From positions 1,600,001 to 1,664,000 of the forward strand of contig OY829846.1 of assembly GCA_963691875.1 (NCBI GenBank): DNA of 64,000 nucleotides. Reading direction: 5' to 3'. The stretch comes from Aureliella sp. (GTDB lineage: Bacteria; Planctomycetota; Planctomycetia; Pirellulales; Pirellulaceae). Shown here in pieces: positions 10,212-20,573 of the stretch. Every line of letters starts with the position of its first letter. The first letter of the stretch is position 1. The notes beneath the pieces are model-generated. The model was not told where the DNA came from. It made no database searches and saw only the letters and a list, made by a program, of their open reading frames with translations. Both the position numbers and the translations under genes were made by a program.

Positions 10212-10727
10212 CTACTCGCGTTCGGTACGTCTTCTTGTTAACAGGATAGCGACGAGTGTAGCGAAGCATAGCAGCGATGCTAGTTCAGACACCGCAGCAA
10301 TCAGAGTCGTAATGTTTAGATTGTCGAAAGTGGTGGTAGATGTAACCGCCCGAGAATCGGAATAGGGAAACACTGCTGGCGAATCCACAAGGGACGCATT
10401 GAGCGTGAGTGCAGATGACTGATAGAGCAGCCCGTTGGTCAGTGAATAACATAGTTGATCAACTACGGTTCCGCTGTTTGGTTTCATCTCAAGTGCGAGC
10501 CCGGTAGATTCCCGGATACTCGTCTAATTTCCGAAAATCTTCGATCCACTAATACCAATGTAGGCCCACCCTGCGATTTCGCTGCCCACTGAATCGATGG
10601 TGGAGAACACGATGTTGGAAGTTGGTGTCAGCGCCCCTGTCTCTGCGATACGAGTCTCGCCAAAGCACTCCAACGCGAGAAAACACTCTTTCTCCAAGAA
10701 ATGCCCTATTCCCAATCCCTGCCTCAA
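10212..10727 (-). pseudogene. Decayed PEP-CTERM-like exported protein
   Basis: C-terminus AAVSELASLLCFATLVAILLTRRR resembles AVPEP-S + TM helix + RRR. ORFs 10524-10727 and 10212-10487 are in frame, separated by TAG at 10524-10526. The 5' end is not recognisable. Confidence 0.5.
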
Positions 10728-10827
10728 CTTTTTCTCCGACTACCGGGAGTGGCTGAACGACGGGTTTGAACCAGACTTTGATGCAGGAAATCAAATTAAT
10801 TTTTGACAGTAACGCATAGCGTAAACT

Positions 10828-10954
10828 AAAAAACCCGGGGCATTTTCTGGTGAAAACGACTCGGGTTTCAGATAGTGAAAAACAATGGATCAAAGGGCTC
10901 CTGCCGTCAATCGACCTGTCCCAAGTCGATCTCTATAACCAACTTTTGAATTCC
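10828..10954 (-). repeat. Structured ~120-bp direct repeat, copy B (ends in a terminator-like hairpin + U6 on the minus strand)
   Basis: See copy A. Hairpin at 10830-10869 is followed by six T on the minus strand; the copy lies ~45 nt downstream of the glgX stop. Confidence 0.85.
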
Positions 10955-10996
10955 CCCGATATTCTTCAGTTGGCAAGGATCCGGCGCTTCACGTAC

Positions 10997-13096
10997 CTAT
11001 TTGGGACGCTCCGCTACGTAAGCCTTCATACTGCGATAGACCATCTCCACTCGTCGATTCGCTGGCGCGGCTGGACCATCTAGCTCAGGATAAATATCCT
11101 CGCCTGAATTTTCCGCAGCTGTGTCAATCAACAAGCTCCATCGCAATCCTCGAATCTGTTCAGGCAGAACAAATTTGAGCGTTTCTGCATTGCCATTAAA
11201 CAGCAACAACAAATCACGCCCCTCCCCATCGGGATCATCCGCCGCAGCCGGAGCTGGAAGCCAGCATACGAGTCCACCACTTGGATTCTCCCAGTTGAAG
11301 GCTAGGCCAAGATGGTTGAACCAGTTTACATCGGCTACACCGCGTGAATCGAAGGGTCTACCCGTCAGGAAACGAGTGCGACGCAAGGTAGGTTGGCTTT
11401 TTCGCAAACTTATCAAGCCACGCACAAAGTTGTGAATGTCCTGGTGCTTCTTCACCAGATTCCAATTGAACCACGAGATGTCGTTATCTTGGCAGTAGGC
11501 ATTGTTATTTCCGTCCTGCGTCCGACGCACTTCATCTCCCATCACGATCATCGGGACCCCCTGGCTTAGCAGCAAGGTCGCCAACATATTCTTGATCTGA
11601 CGCTTGCGAATCCGCTCGATGGGTTTTCGCCGCGTCGGACCTTCCACACCATAGTTGTCACTACAGTTGTGGTTGTCGCCGTCTCGACCTTCCTCACCGT
11701 TCGCCATGTTGTGCTTTTCCTTGTAACTCACCAAGTCGTTCAAGGTGAAGCCGTCGTGGCTGGTAATGAAGTTGATGCTGCAGTATGGAGCGCGTCCGGC
11801 GTGTTCGTACAGATCCGAAGAACCCGCCAAGCGAGTTGCCACTGGTCCGACCAACCCATCGTCCCCGCGCCAGTACCGGCGCACATCGTCGCGATAGCGA
11901 CCATTCCACTCCGCCCATCGCAGATCGCCAAAGGAACCGACTTGGTAAGCACCAGCCGCATCCCAAGCTTCCGCGATGATCTTCGTGTCTGCCAGCATCG
12001 GATCCTCGGCGATCATCTCCACCATCGGCGGATTCGGCATCAAGTTGCCGTAACGGTCGCGAGAAAGAATGCTGGCAAGATCAAATCGGAAACCGTCCAC
12101 GTGGTAGTTGTGAACCCAATGCCGCAAGCAGTGGAAAATTAGCTCGCGGCAGATCGGGTGGTTTCCATTGAATGTATTGCCACACCCGGAATAGTTGCTG
12201 TAGTGAGCACCGCCGCTATTTAAGATGTAATAGACTTGGTTCTCCAAGCCCTTGAAGCTCAAGACTGGTCCCTGCTCGTTGCCTTCACAAGTGTGATTGA
12301 AGACCACGTCCAAGATGACTTCGATGCCGGCTTGGTGCAAAGCCTTGACCATCGTCTTGAATTCGTTGACTTGCCCACCCGGCTCCGTGCTCGACGCGTA
12401 GCCGCGATGTGGAGCGAAGAAAGCCATCGGGTCGTAGCCCCAATAGTTGGGGCGTTCTAGATCATTACCGTGAATATCCCGAATTGGAAACTCGTGCACC
12501 GGCATCAATTCGACTGCGGTGATTCCGAGGTCCTGTAAATAAGGAATTTTGTCGATCAGGCCAAGATATGTGCCAGCATTCTTGGCCTTGACCTTCGCGG
12601 TCTTGCTCTTCGTAAAGCCACGAACATGAGTTTCGTAGATGACGGTCTCAGCAAGAGGGCGACGAATGTGCCGGTCGCCAGCCCAGTCGAAGTTGTCGTC
12701 AATAACGACACACTTTGGTGGGCGCGTGATTCCATCAGTGTGTTTCTGGAAACAGCCAGCCAATGCCTTAGCGTAAGGATCGATCAGGCGGGCATTGCCA
12801 TCAAACCATTGTCCGGATTCCGGATCGAATGGCCCGTTGGCTTGAAATTGATATAGCTGTCCAGCGCTTAGACCTGGGACAAAAACGCTCCAGACATCGC
12901 CCCAACGGTCTGAATCGCGATCAAACTCGATTACTTCCGCGGGTTCTAGGTCATCGACCTTATCATAGAGCAGCAGGCGCATGGCTGTGGCGCTGCGACT
13001 GAATACAACAAATTGCACGCCGCGTTCGTTGACGATCGCGCCGTATGGCAGCTTGTATGCGAACTGTAACTCAGGATGCGGGTGTCGCATGAGCAT
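10997..13096 (-). CDS. glgX: Glycogen debranching enzyme GlgX (GH13 isoamylase)
   Basis: VIYETHVRGFT, NYWGYDP, DVVFNHT, DGFRFDLAS, IAEAWD, FITSHDGFTL, NNNAYCQDN. Confidence 0.95.
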   Translation of the reverse strand: MLMRHPHPELQFAYKLPYGAIVNERGVQFVVFSRSATAMRLLLYDKVDDLEPAEVIEFDRDSDRWGDVWSVFVPGLSAGQLYQFQANGPFDPESGQWFDGNARLIDPYAKALAGCFQKHTDGITRPPKCVVIDDNFDWAGDRHIRRPLAETVIYETHVRGFTKSKTAKVKAKNAGTYLGLIDKIPYLQDLGITAVELMPVHEFPIRDIHGNDLERPNYWGYDPMAFFAPHRGYASSTEPGGQVNEFKTMVKALHQAGIEVILDVVFNHTCEGNEQGPVLSFKGLENQVYYILNSGGAHYSNYSGCGNTFNGNHPICRELIFHCLRHWVHNYHVDGFRFDLASILSRDRYGNLMPNPPMVEMIAEDPMLADTKIIAEAWDAAGAYQVGSFGDLRWAEWNGRYRDDVRRYWRGDDGLVGPVATRLAGSSDLYEHAGRAPYCSINFITSHDGFTLNDLVSYKEKHNMANGEEGRDGDNHNCSDNYGVEGPTRRKPIERIRKRQIKNMLATLLLSQGVPMIVMGDEVRRTQDGNNNAYCQDNDISWFNWNLVKKHQDIHNFVRGLISLRKSQPTLRRTRFLTGRPFDSRGVADVNWFNHLGLAFNWENPSGGLVCWLPAPAAADDPDGEGRDLLLLFNGNAETLKFVLPEQIRGLRWSLLIDTAAENSGEDIYPELDGPAAPANRRVEMVYRSMKAYVAERPK

Positions 13097-14069
13097 ACTT
13101 AACGAGGTCCTTTGGGATCCGAGTACTATCCGTGAAATAGGCTGAGCCGACTGAAGGCGTCACGCATGCATGACAAAATCAGACGGACTGAAGTCTACAA
13201 CCGCATCGACCAACGCGAGCGAATAAAAACACTTCAACTTCCGAATGCGGGAGATCCCAATTCGTGATACTCAGAGCAACAAAAGACTCCCGATCAAATT
13301 TGTTTTTTGGGTCTGGTAAGGGGTAACAATCACACCCGATTGTAACTTCATACTACAAAACAAGTGGCCGCCAAAGACGTTACGTACGGTTAGGTAAGCT
13401 TGTATAGCGATGCAGCCGACTCTCGGAAGGGCAATGTTGAGCAACAGCCCCAATTTGCTGACTTATTCGCTTGTAGCTGAAGCAACAGTTCTTTCGAGCC
13501 GCTAGAGCGAAGGGCAGCGAACAAGCCATTGCCTCCCGGTTTAAACGATGGCCTCAACCCATAGCGAGATTCGCGCTCTCATTGGGATAGGCAGGATTTC
13601 TTTTCAAGAAATAGTTTGACGCATCAGAGCCAGGAAACTCTGACAGATTTCCTCAAAGACAGGGAGTTCGAAGACTGAGCAGGCGAGTCGCCATCTGCAA
13701 CAAACACCCGAGCATGAAGCTGCTACCTAGCAGATGCGAAATCAAGAGCTCTGCGATGCGATCGCTAACGATGAAAAACAAACGCTGGCCAACACCTGAA
13801 CGAGCTGTCCCTGGGGTACACAATTCGGTTCTCGCGTTAGCATCCTAACCAAAGATTAGCCAGGCTTTCACAATTTAGCTTATGGCGTTTCATTTTACTT
13901 TGAGCGTATCTCAACAGTTCCATTCTACCACTGCCTTCTCAAGATCTTTATCCCGAGCTCAAGTGGAACGTGTCGCCGATTTGAATCACTTGGGAGTGCC
14001 GATGGCCCTCTTTAAGCTGTCGGCGGTCTTTAGATGCCACGCTGACACAACGTTAGCCGGGGCTAAAGA

Positions 14070-15220
14070 ATGCCATTGCATCCACTCAACCAAGGCCACA
14101 AAGCTGACACGAAAGAGATCCTGTGGATTTACGCTCGTCGAGCTACTCGTAGTTATTGCGATTATTGGAATTTTAATGGGCTTTGCTGCCTGCGGTGCAA
14201 GCGGCAAGAGAAGCGGCACGCCGCATGCAATGCTCCGTCAACATCAAGCAAATTGCACTCGCTGTGCACAATTATCACGACATCCACAAGTCGACGCCTC
14301 TCCACATGCACCGTGCTGCGCATGACCACGGGGTGGGCGATTGGGGCAACTTATCTTGGTACTACGGGATACTTCCCTACATTGAGGCAGCCAATACCTT
14401 CAACTTTCTACCATCTGCTTTCACCGGCAGTGGCTATTCATGGAACGGAATCGTCAACGGGAACACAAAGTTCGGGCACACAAAGTTGGCACAAATTGCG
14501 AGGGCCCGAATTCCGACTTTCCTGTGCCCAAGCGAAAGTGAAACGAATACGAATGTCCCTGGACTCGCTAACTTTAGCTATCTCGCTAATGCAGGACCTT
14601 CACAACAACTAGCTTTACCGTGGTCTGCGCTTACAAGTCGTTCCCGTGGCTTCATATCTCATTCACGAATGTCTTACAGAGAACAAGGAACAACGCTTTG
14701 CATCGGCGCATAGTTATCTGGCTCCCACAACTCGATGAGATTTCGCGACATTACAGATGGCCTTTCCAATGCATGTGCGTTCAGTGAGGCATTAGTCAAT
14801 GATGGCGGTGGGAGGCACCGTGATCCACGCAGAAATCGGTTCTAGACCAACGCCGCTCTGATTCAGCACCCCGAGACGCCCATTCGCGAATTCGTGGCAA
14901 ACGGACTTGCAGATCATGTCAACTGGCCCAGTTGGAGGCAGTACAAGGGAACAAGTTGGATTTACACAAGTTCCTGGGAAAAGCACCTTAACGATCACGT
15001 TTTCCCACCAAATACGATCTCAATTCCTGGGTACAACACCGACTGGTTTCGCTGCAGTGAAGCGGATGGAGCGATCACACCGGCTTCCAATCACACTGGC
15101 GGAATCCAGGTCGCTATTGCTGATGGTTCAGTGCAGTTCATCTCCGATGAACATCGCGTTTGAAACCTGGTGGGGATTAGGAACACGTGCTGACGGAGAA
15201 GTCGTGGGAATTGAACCGTA
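14070..15220 (+). pseudogene. DUF1559 prepilin-type (N-terminal cleavage/methylation) protein, disrupted
   Basis: GFTLVELLVVIAIIGIL in one frame and [16 protein letters not shown] in another; RFRDITDGLSN; SNHTGGIQVAIADGSVQFI. In-frame TAG at 14711 and 14843; frameshifts near 14180 and 15148. Confidence 0.85.
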
Positions 15221-15301
15221 AATTACGTATCATCCGTCAACAGAGGAGAAGGAACTCGGTTCTCCTCGTCACGGGCGGCATCCCGATGCGGAGACAGAAA
15301 G

Positions 15302-15731
15302 ATGAATCCAGTTCGATCCACTCTCGCTTTTTCGATCCTCGTGATTCTGAGCTCGGCTAGTTGTGACAACCGCAGCGCGCTTAAGAAACGGATGGAAGAG
15401 TTCCGCTATGAACCTACAAGCCTGGCTGAGGCACTCATCAAGAGACTGCAGTCCGTTGGCAAAAAGAAAGTCGAGCTTAAGAGTCAGAAGGCGGCCCACG
15501 TTAACGACGTCGAAAAGGGGCGGCTCCTCAACGTAAATGAGCGCCCTGATCGGAATCAATATGGATGCAATCGTGCATGAGACCAACGCCAAAATAGCGA
15601 CTGTCGAAGATAGCGGAGGCAACGAACTTGCGATTCTCGAAAAGGTCGTAACCAAAATCAGAGCATCCGAGAAGGTTGAAGAATCGATCATCAACTACTT
15701 TGAGCAGGCGATGAGGTCCTCCCTCCAATAA
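15302..15731 (+). pseudogene. Small lipoprotein-like partner of the DUF1559 gene, frameshifted near 15555
   Basis: Lipobox-like ILSSASC; two overlapping ORFs (15302-15580, 15537-15731) give plausible helical halves. Confidence 0.5.
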
Positions 15732-16098
15732 GGCTCCGGCCGGGAAGCTCGCCAACCGAGTGTTTTTTGGGTTTATTGAGGAGCACAAATGTTTAATCTC
15801 CAAGCTGTTTTCCACATGTAATTTATTGCCGTGAGGATGACTCCTGCGTCTTGGGGCATTGCGGGGCAAGGCTCCTCTGAGTGAGTAACAAAAATCGAAA
15901 ATCACTCAGGATTCCGCCAAGGAAAGCGGCCTTCTCCGCTCTGGAAGGACCATCTCTTTACACATAAATTGCGAGTATCGTTCCTTCGCGGCAAATCCGA
16001 GAACAGTCAACTTACATTTTGAACGTTGATTTGCCTTGGTGACGCTCAATCTTCTGCTTCCTAAAATCCTTGATTTCGTTATAATTCGCGAAACACAT

Positions 16099-16184
16099 GC
16101 GGATGTGGCGGAATTGGCAGACGCGCTAGGTTCAGGTCCTAGTGTCCCTTACAGGACGTGGAGGTTCAAATCCTCTCATCCGCA
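16099..16184 (+). tRNA. tRNA-Leu (anticodon CAG)
   Basis: GCGGATG/CATCCGC acceptor stem, GGAATTGGCAGAC D-loop, CTAGG-TTCAGGT-CCTAG anticodon arm, long variable arm, GGTTCAAATCC T-loop; TATAAT at 16080-16085 upstream. Confidence 0.97.
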
Positions 16185-16420
16185 CTGGTTTTTCTTGGGT
16201 AAAACGGGTTGTTCGAACTCAAAATCGAACCCCTCACTTGGTGCGAAATCAAAAATCAGTTGTCCCAGTGAATCGGTGTTGCAACAGCTCACCTACTCCC
16301 GCATCTGAGACCCTCAAAAGTACCTTCGCGTTGGCAAGACGTTGTAACTCTGTCGCTTAATGCCTTGCTGGGCCTTACTTACTCTGCACCTCGCTTGCAC
16401 TTGTTAAGAAGCCCTTACTC

Positions 16421-16906
16421 ATGGCGTCTCTAAAGAGATACCCCAGCGGAAATTTCCACCTCGCGTTCCAGTTCGGCGGCAGCCGGTTCAAACGCTCGCT
16501 GAAGACCAAGAGCCAGTGTAAGGGTAAGGGTGAGAGTAAGGCGGCATGCTCTCGTATAGAGGAGAATATCGCCCTCATCGAAGCCGGCCGGACGGAACAA
16601 CTATTCTCGACCTTCGAGGAGACCGTCCCCGCCGATTCCATGGAAGCCACTTCGCTGTACACGGCCCGAATGTATATGAATCACTAGGTGCGCGTGCTCG
16701 GTGCAATGCAAACCCTGCAGTCTATTTCTTCCCGGGATGTGCAACACTACGTCACTCATCGATCCAAGAAAACCGGACGTCTAAAGTACGTCAGCGCAAC
16801 CACTATCCGGAAGAAGGTCGTTACCTTTCGTAGCATTATGGAATTGGGCGGTCACGCAGGAATGGCTCTCTGGCACTTTTCCGTACAAGGGCATCGTCTA
16901 TCCTAA
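16421..16906 (+). pseudogene. Tyrosine recombinase/phage-integrase N-terminal remnant
   Basis: MASL...SGNFHLAFQFGGSRFKRSLKTK arm-binding-like N-terminus, then ISSRDVQHYV...VSATTIRKKVVTFR core-binding-like segment; in-frame TAG at 16685; catalytic domain absent; adjacent to the tRNA. Confidence 0.7.
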
Positions 16907-17065
16907 AGAAAGTGAGCAGCCGCCGAACCAATTTCACAAACACAATGGGAGCTTTAGCAAAATTTGACGGCGTTAAAGCTTCGCAGGAGACCTTCTGTCA
17001 GATAATTTCGAAAAAGGCTGCTAACCTTCGGCTGAGCCCGACATTCCGTTGTGGAGAGCCAATTT

Positions 17066-17605
17066 ATGGATGCCAACGATCGAGAAGCTGAGTTTGTTTC
17101 GCTGCTGACTGAGCATCAGCTTGCGCTTAAGCTTTTTGTCAATTCGCTTTTGCCCGGCGATGCCGCGGCGGCCGATGTTGCCCAGGAAGTAAGTGCTACT
17201 GTCTGGAAGAAACGTGCAGATTTTGTTCCCGGCACAAATTTCCGAGCATGGATTTTTAGGATCTCACGCAACCAAGTCGCGAACTATCGGCGGAAACAGG
17301 CTCGCGAAGGTGGCGTGGTGATGTTCAGCGATTCCCTTCAAGAAACAATTGCCGCTGAGCTGGGAGATCAGACGACGGATCTCGAACACCGACTTCGCGC
17401 ATTACGTCACTGTCTTCAAAAGCTGCCAAGCTCGGACCGTGCTCTTATTCAACATCGCTATTTTCATCAAACGCCGCTCGGCGACTACGCGAGTCAGATT
17501 GGTCGAACGGTTGGGACTCTGAAGGTCAAGTTGCATCGTATTCGGAATTCTCTGGAGCGATGTGTGTCACAGCAACTCTGCACCGATGGGGAGTCAACTC
17601 CATGA
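17066..17605 (+). CDS. ECF RNA polymerase sigma-70 factor (Rhodopirellula/Verrucomicrobium type)
   Basis: AADVAQEV..VWKK, TNFRAWIFRI, region 4 GTLKVKLHRIRNSLERC; ATGA overlap with the next gene. Confidence 0.9.
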   Translation: MDANDREAEFVSLLTEHQLALKLFVNSLLPGDAAAADVAQEVSATVWKKRADFVPGTNFRAWIFRISRNQVANYRRKQAREGGVVMFSDSLQETIAAELGDQTTDLEHRLRALRHCLQKLPSSDRALIQHRYFHQTPLGDYASQIGRTVGTLKVKLHRIRNSLERCVSQQLCTDGESTP

Positions 17606-18966
17606 GGCCAGACGAATGCACCAGGCTAATCGATGAACTACTTGATGGTTTAATCTCAAAAAAGGATCTAGAGCTTCTGGAAGCAGAGCTGGAAAGCAAT
17701 GCTGATTTGCGCCAGGCGTACTACGAACGTCAAAAGTTGCACAGCGTTCTACAAGCCGTCGCCGAAACAAATTCCGAACCTCCGACCGTCACACGGCCAT
17801 CGTTATGGAGTGCACATCGCGGGTGGATCATCGGCATCGCTGCAGCCGCGAGTTTGCTGCTAACAACTGGGCTTGGGTGGTGGATCGGTCGAACAGTTCG
17901 ACGTGGGAGCACGCCAACACCGAGCATTGCTCAGATCGTGCATCAGTCGGGGGCAAGGTGGGTACGGCAGCGAATGGATGGCTCCAAGATCGGCGCCGGT
18001 CTCTTACAGCTTGAGCTAGGACTCGCAAGACTAGGATTTGCCAACGGTGTCTCGGTAACGCTGCAGGGACCGGCGGAATTCGAGATCGTCAGCGGTGAAC
18101 ATGCTCGACTACATAGCGGGATTCTGACTGCCGAGGTTCCGGAATCGGCGATCGGATTTCGCATTGAGACACCGGCGCTTCAGGTTGTTGATTTAGGTAC
18201 TTCGTTTGGTGTTGCGGTTGACGACGACGGACTCACCGACGTCTCCGTGTTTGAGGGTGAAGTTGAGGTGAATCCACGTGGTGAGAGTCCTCGCCGCATC
18301 CCACCGCAGCGCATCGTTGAGGGCCAAGCGATTCGCGGCGTTCGCATGTCATCGGAAATCGAACCCATTGATTATGAAACTGGGGTTTTCGAGCAAGCCT
18401 GGCCAATCAATTCTGGCGTCTTACAAACAACCGGCGTGATGAAGTTCGTCTCGCCAGGTCCCGGCTTCGTTCCCGGACGATTCGAAGACAGCGAACATAT
18501 TGTGGTTTTTTCCGAACGTCGAGGCGTTCTCCTAGAGTCTTCGCTTCGAGTCGACGTCTTGGAACCGGGCGAGTATCTCCGGCTTCGTGATCAGCCTGCC
18601 CTTTCACTTGCAACTGACAGTCGCGTGCGAAGTTATCTGTTGCAGCTCAATCCAAGCGACCGAAGTCGCGCGATGGTTATGGGCCAAATTACCTTTGACA
18701 GACCGATCGTGGGCTTGATCGCCAGCAGCGGAAAGCTGGCTGAATCAGATGACGTATTGGGACACCCTCACGGAGTTTATGAACAGAATCGTCGCGGCAT
18801 CGAGGCGCCTCGGAACGATCCGCCAGGAAAACCAGATCGAGACACCGTCGTTCTCGCTGCTGACAAACGGACCTTGATCCTGAGTCTGGGCGCCGGATCC
18901 GCTTTAGACCAAATCCGCGTAATCGTGGATGACCCCGAAGCCACCTGGAGCGAATCATGGCAGTGA
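17602..18966 (+). CDS. FecR-domain anti-sigma factor
   Basis: N-terminal anti-sigma helix, TM segment, FecR motifs LQGPAEF, GFRIETP...VVDLGTSFGV, VSVFEGEVEV. Confidence 0.85.
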   Translation: MRPDECTRLIDELLDGLISKKDLELLEAELESNADLRQAYYERQKLHSVLQAVAETNSEPPTVTRPSLWSAHRGWIIGIAAAASLLLTTGLGWWIGRTVRRGSTPTPSIAQIVHQSGARWVRQRMDGSKIGAGLLQLELGLARLGFANGVSVTLQGPAEFEIVSGEHARLHSGILTAEVPESAIGFRIETPALQVVDLGTSFGVAVDDDGLTDVSVFEGEVEVNPRGESPRRIPPQRIVEGQAIRGVRMSSEIEPIDYETGVFEQAWPINSGVLQTTGVMKFVSPGPGFVPGRFEDSEHIVVFSERRGVLLESSLRVDVLEPGEYLRLRDQPALSLATDSRVRSYLLQLNPSDRSRAMVMGQITFDRPIVGLIASSGKLAESDDVLGHPHGVYEQNRRGIEAPRNDPPGKPDRDTVVLAADKRTLILSLGAGSALDQIRVIVDDPEATWSESWQ

Positions 18967-20522
18967 ACAGAACACACTTACTGATGGCGACCATGCTGCT
19001 GATAGCCTGTGCCGCCGTACGACCGAATATCGCGTCTGCAAAGGATGCGAGCCCCAACATTCTATTCATCATCTCAGATGACCAAGAGCGCAGGGAGTTT
19101 AACTTCTTGCCTGAAGGCCGCGACGAACAAGGCGTGCCGCGTAATCTGAGTCCGCACCTGGACCGCTTGGCATCCGAAGGCATTGTCTTCCAGAATCAAT
19201 ATGTGACCAGCCCGGTATGCACGCCGTCACGCTACACGGTCCTCACGGGAACGTATGCAAGCCGATCCATGAGTTTTGAGAAAACTGTCAAGAGCAACGG
19301 ACAGGTCAACATCACCTGGAATTGCCACATCGAGCCCGCGACACCGAATCTCGCCCGCACGTTACGTCGGGCGGGATACTTCACCGGTGCGGTTGGCAAG
19401 AACCATGTGATTAAAGTGAGAGGCGCCGGCCGAAACGAAGGTCCCACTGATGATGCAGATCCCAGGAATGCGTCGGTCGCCAAATACTATCGCGAAAAGC
19501 AACGAAAACTCGTCAAGGCCTTCAAGGACTGTGGTTTCGACTATGCGTCCAGCCTCTACCACGGCAATCTTCCCGGACATACCTGCAAGGCACTGGAATT
19601 CCACAACATGGATTGGATCACCGGTGGGGCCTTGAATTTCCTGGATCAATGGAGCCAAAAGGACCAGCCATTCTTTCTTTACATGGCGACAACGCTGAAC
19701 CATGGTCCGGGGCCGCGTTACAAGAAGTACACCGGCGATCCGCTGGCCACGCCTGCAGGATTGTTGGACAGGCCGCTCACCGTTCAGCCGGCGCGCGAAA
19801 CGATCCCTCATCGAGTCCAGCAGGCTGGCTTATCGGCACAACCTACGGCGTGCGATGTTCTTTGGCTCGATGACGGCATTGGCGCCGTGCTCAATAAGCT
19901 GCGCTCGCTCGACGCTCTCGAAAACACGATTGTCTTCTTCTTCGATGACCACGGTGTAGAGAGCGGAAAGGGTTCTCTCTATGAAGGCGGTATCAAGTCG
20001 GTGAGCTTTGTTTGGTCACCCAAATACATCCGGGGCGGTCATCAGTCACAAGTCAGCATTTCCAATATCGACTTCGCACCAACCATCATGGACCTTTGTG
20101 GTGTCCGTCGGGAAGAGCGACACGCGGTCGACGGCAAAAGTTTTGCGTCGGTGCTCAAGGGCAGTAACGACGAAATCCATGACCAACTGTTTTTCGAGAT
20201 CGGTGCCACGCGAGCAGTGATCAAAGATGGCTGGAAATACCTCGCTTTTCGCCTGCCCAACACAATTTCAGCTGATCCAACAAAGCCTTACACACACTTG
20301 GCCGATCGGCCGGGCGGGCGCGGTTCAGAGGGGCCCGCCAAAGATTTCTATCCGAATTATTACGACCGAGATCAGCTATACGACATCAGGGCAGACCCGC
20401 TCGAACAAAACAATCTTTTCAACGACAAGACGCAACAAATACGAGTTCACAAAATGCAGCAGTTGCTTCGCGAAGCGGTTGCCAAAGTGCCGGGCTCGTT
20501 TGCCGAGTTTACAGACGATTAG
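18957..20522 (+). CDS. Sulfatase
   Basis: PNILFIISDDQ, CTPSR, GKNH, DDHG..GKGSLYEGG, DQLYDIRADPLEQ; signal peptide. Confidence 0.9.
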   Translation: MAVNRTHLLMATMLLIACAAVRPNIASAKDASPNILFIISDDQERREFNFLPEGRDEQGVPRNLSPHLDRLASEGIVFQNQYVTSPVCTPSRYTVLTGTYASRSMSFEKTVKSNGQVNITWNCHIEPATPNLARTLRRAGYFTGAVGKNHVIKVRGAGRNEGPTDDADPRNASVAKYYREKQRKLVKAFKDCGFDYASSLYHGNLPGHTCKALEFHNMDWITGGALNFLDQWSQKDQPFFLYMATTLNHGPGPRYKKYTGDPLATPAGLLDRPLTVQPARETIPHRVQQAGLSAQPTACDVLWLDDGIGAVLNKLRSLDALENTIVFFFDDHGVESGKGSLYEGGIKSVSFVWSPKYIRGGHQSQVSISNIDFAPTIMDLCGVRREERHAVDGKSFASVLKGSNDEIHDQLFFEIGATRAVIKDGWKYLAFRLPNTISADPTKPYTHLADRPGGRGSEGPAKDFYPNYYDRDQLYDIRADPLEQNNLFNDKTQQIRVHKMQQLLREAVAKVPGSFAEFTDD

Positions 20523-20573
20523 TCGTCACGGAACATTACCAACCACTCATAACTTTTACGTCCGAATTACAAC

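Noticed and set aside
10064..10954. Integron attC interpretation of the structured repeats
   Set aside because: No clear RYYYAAC/GTTRRRY boxes at the ends and no IntI in the window; kept only as an unclassified element
13600..13660. Cobalamin-riboswitch-like GAGCCAGGAAAC
   Set aside because: The remaining B12-box and core motifs were not found
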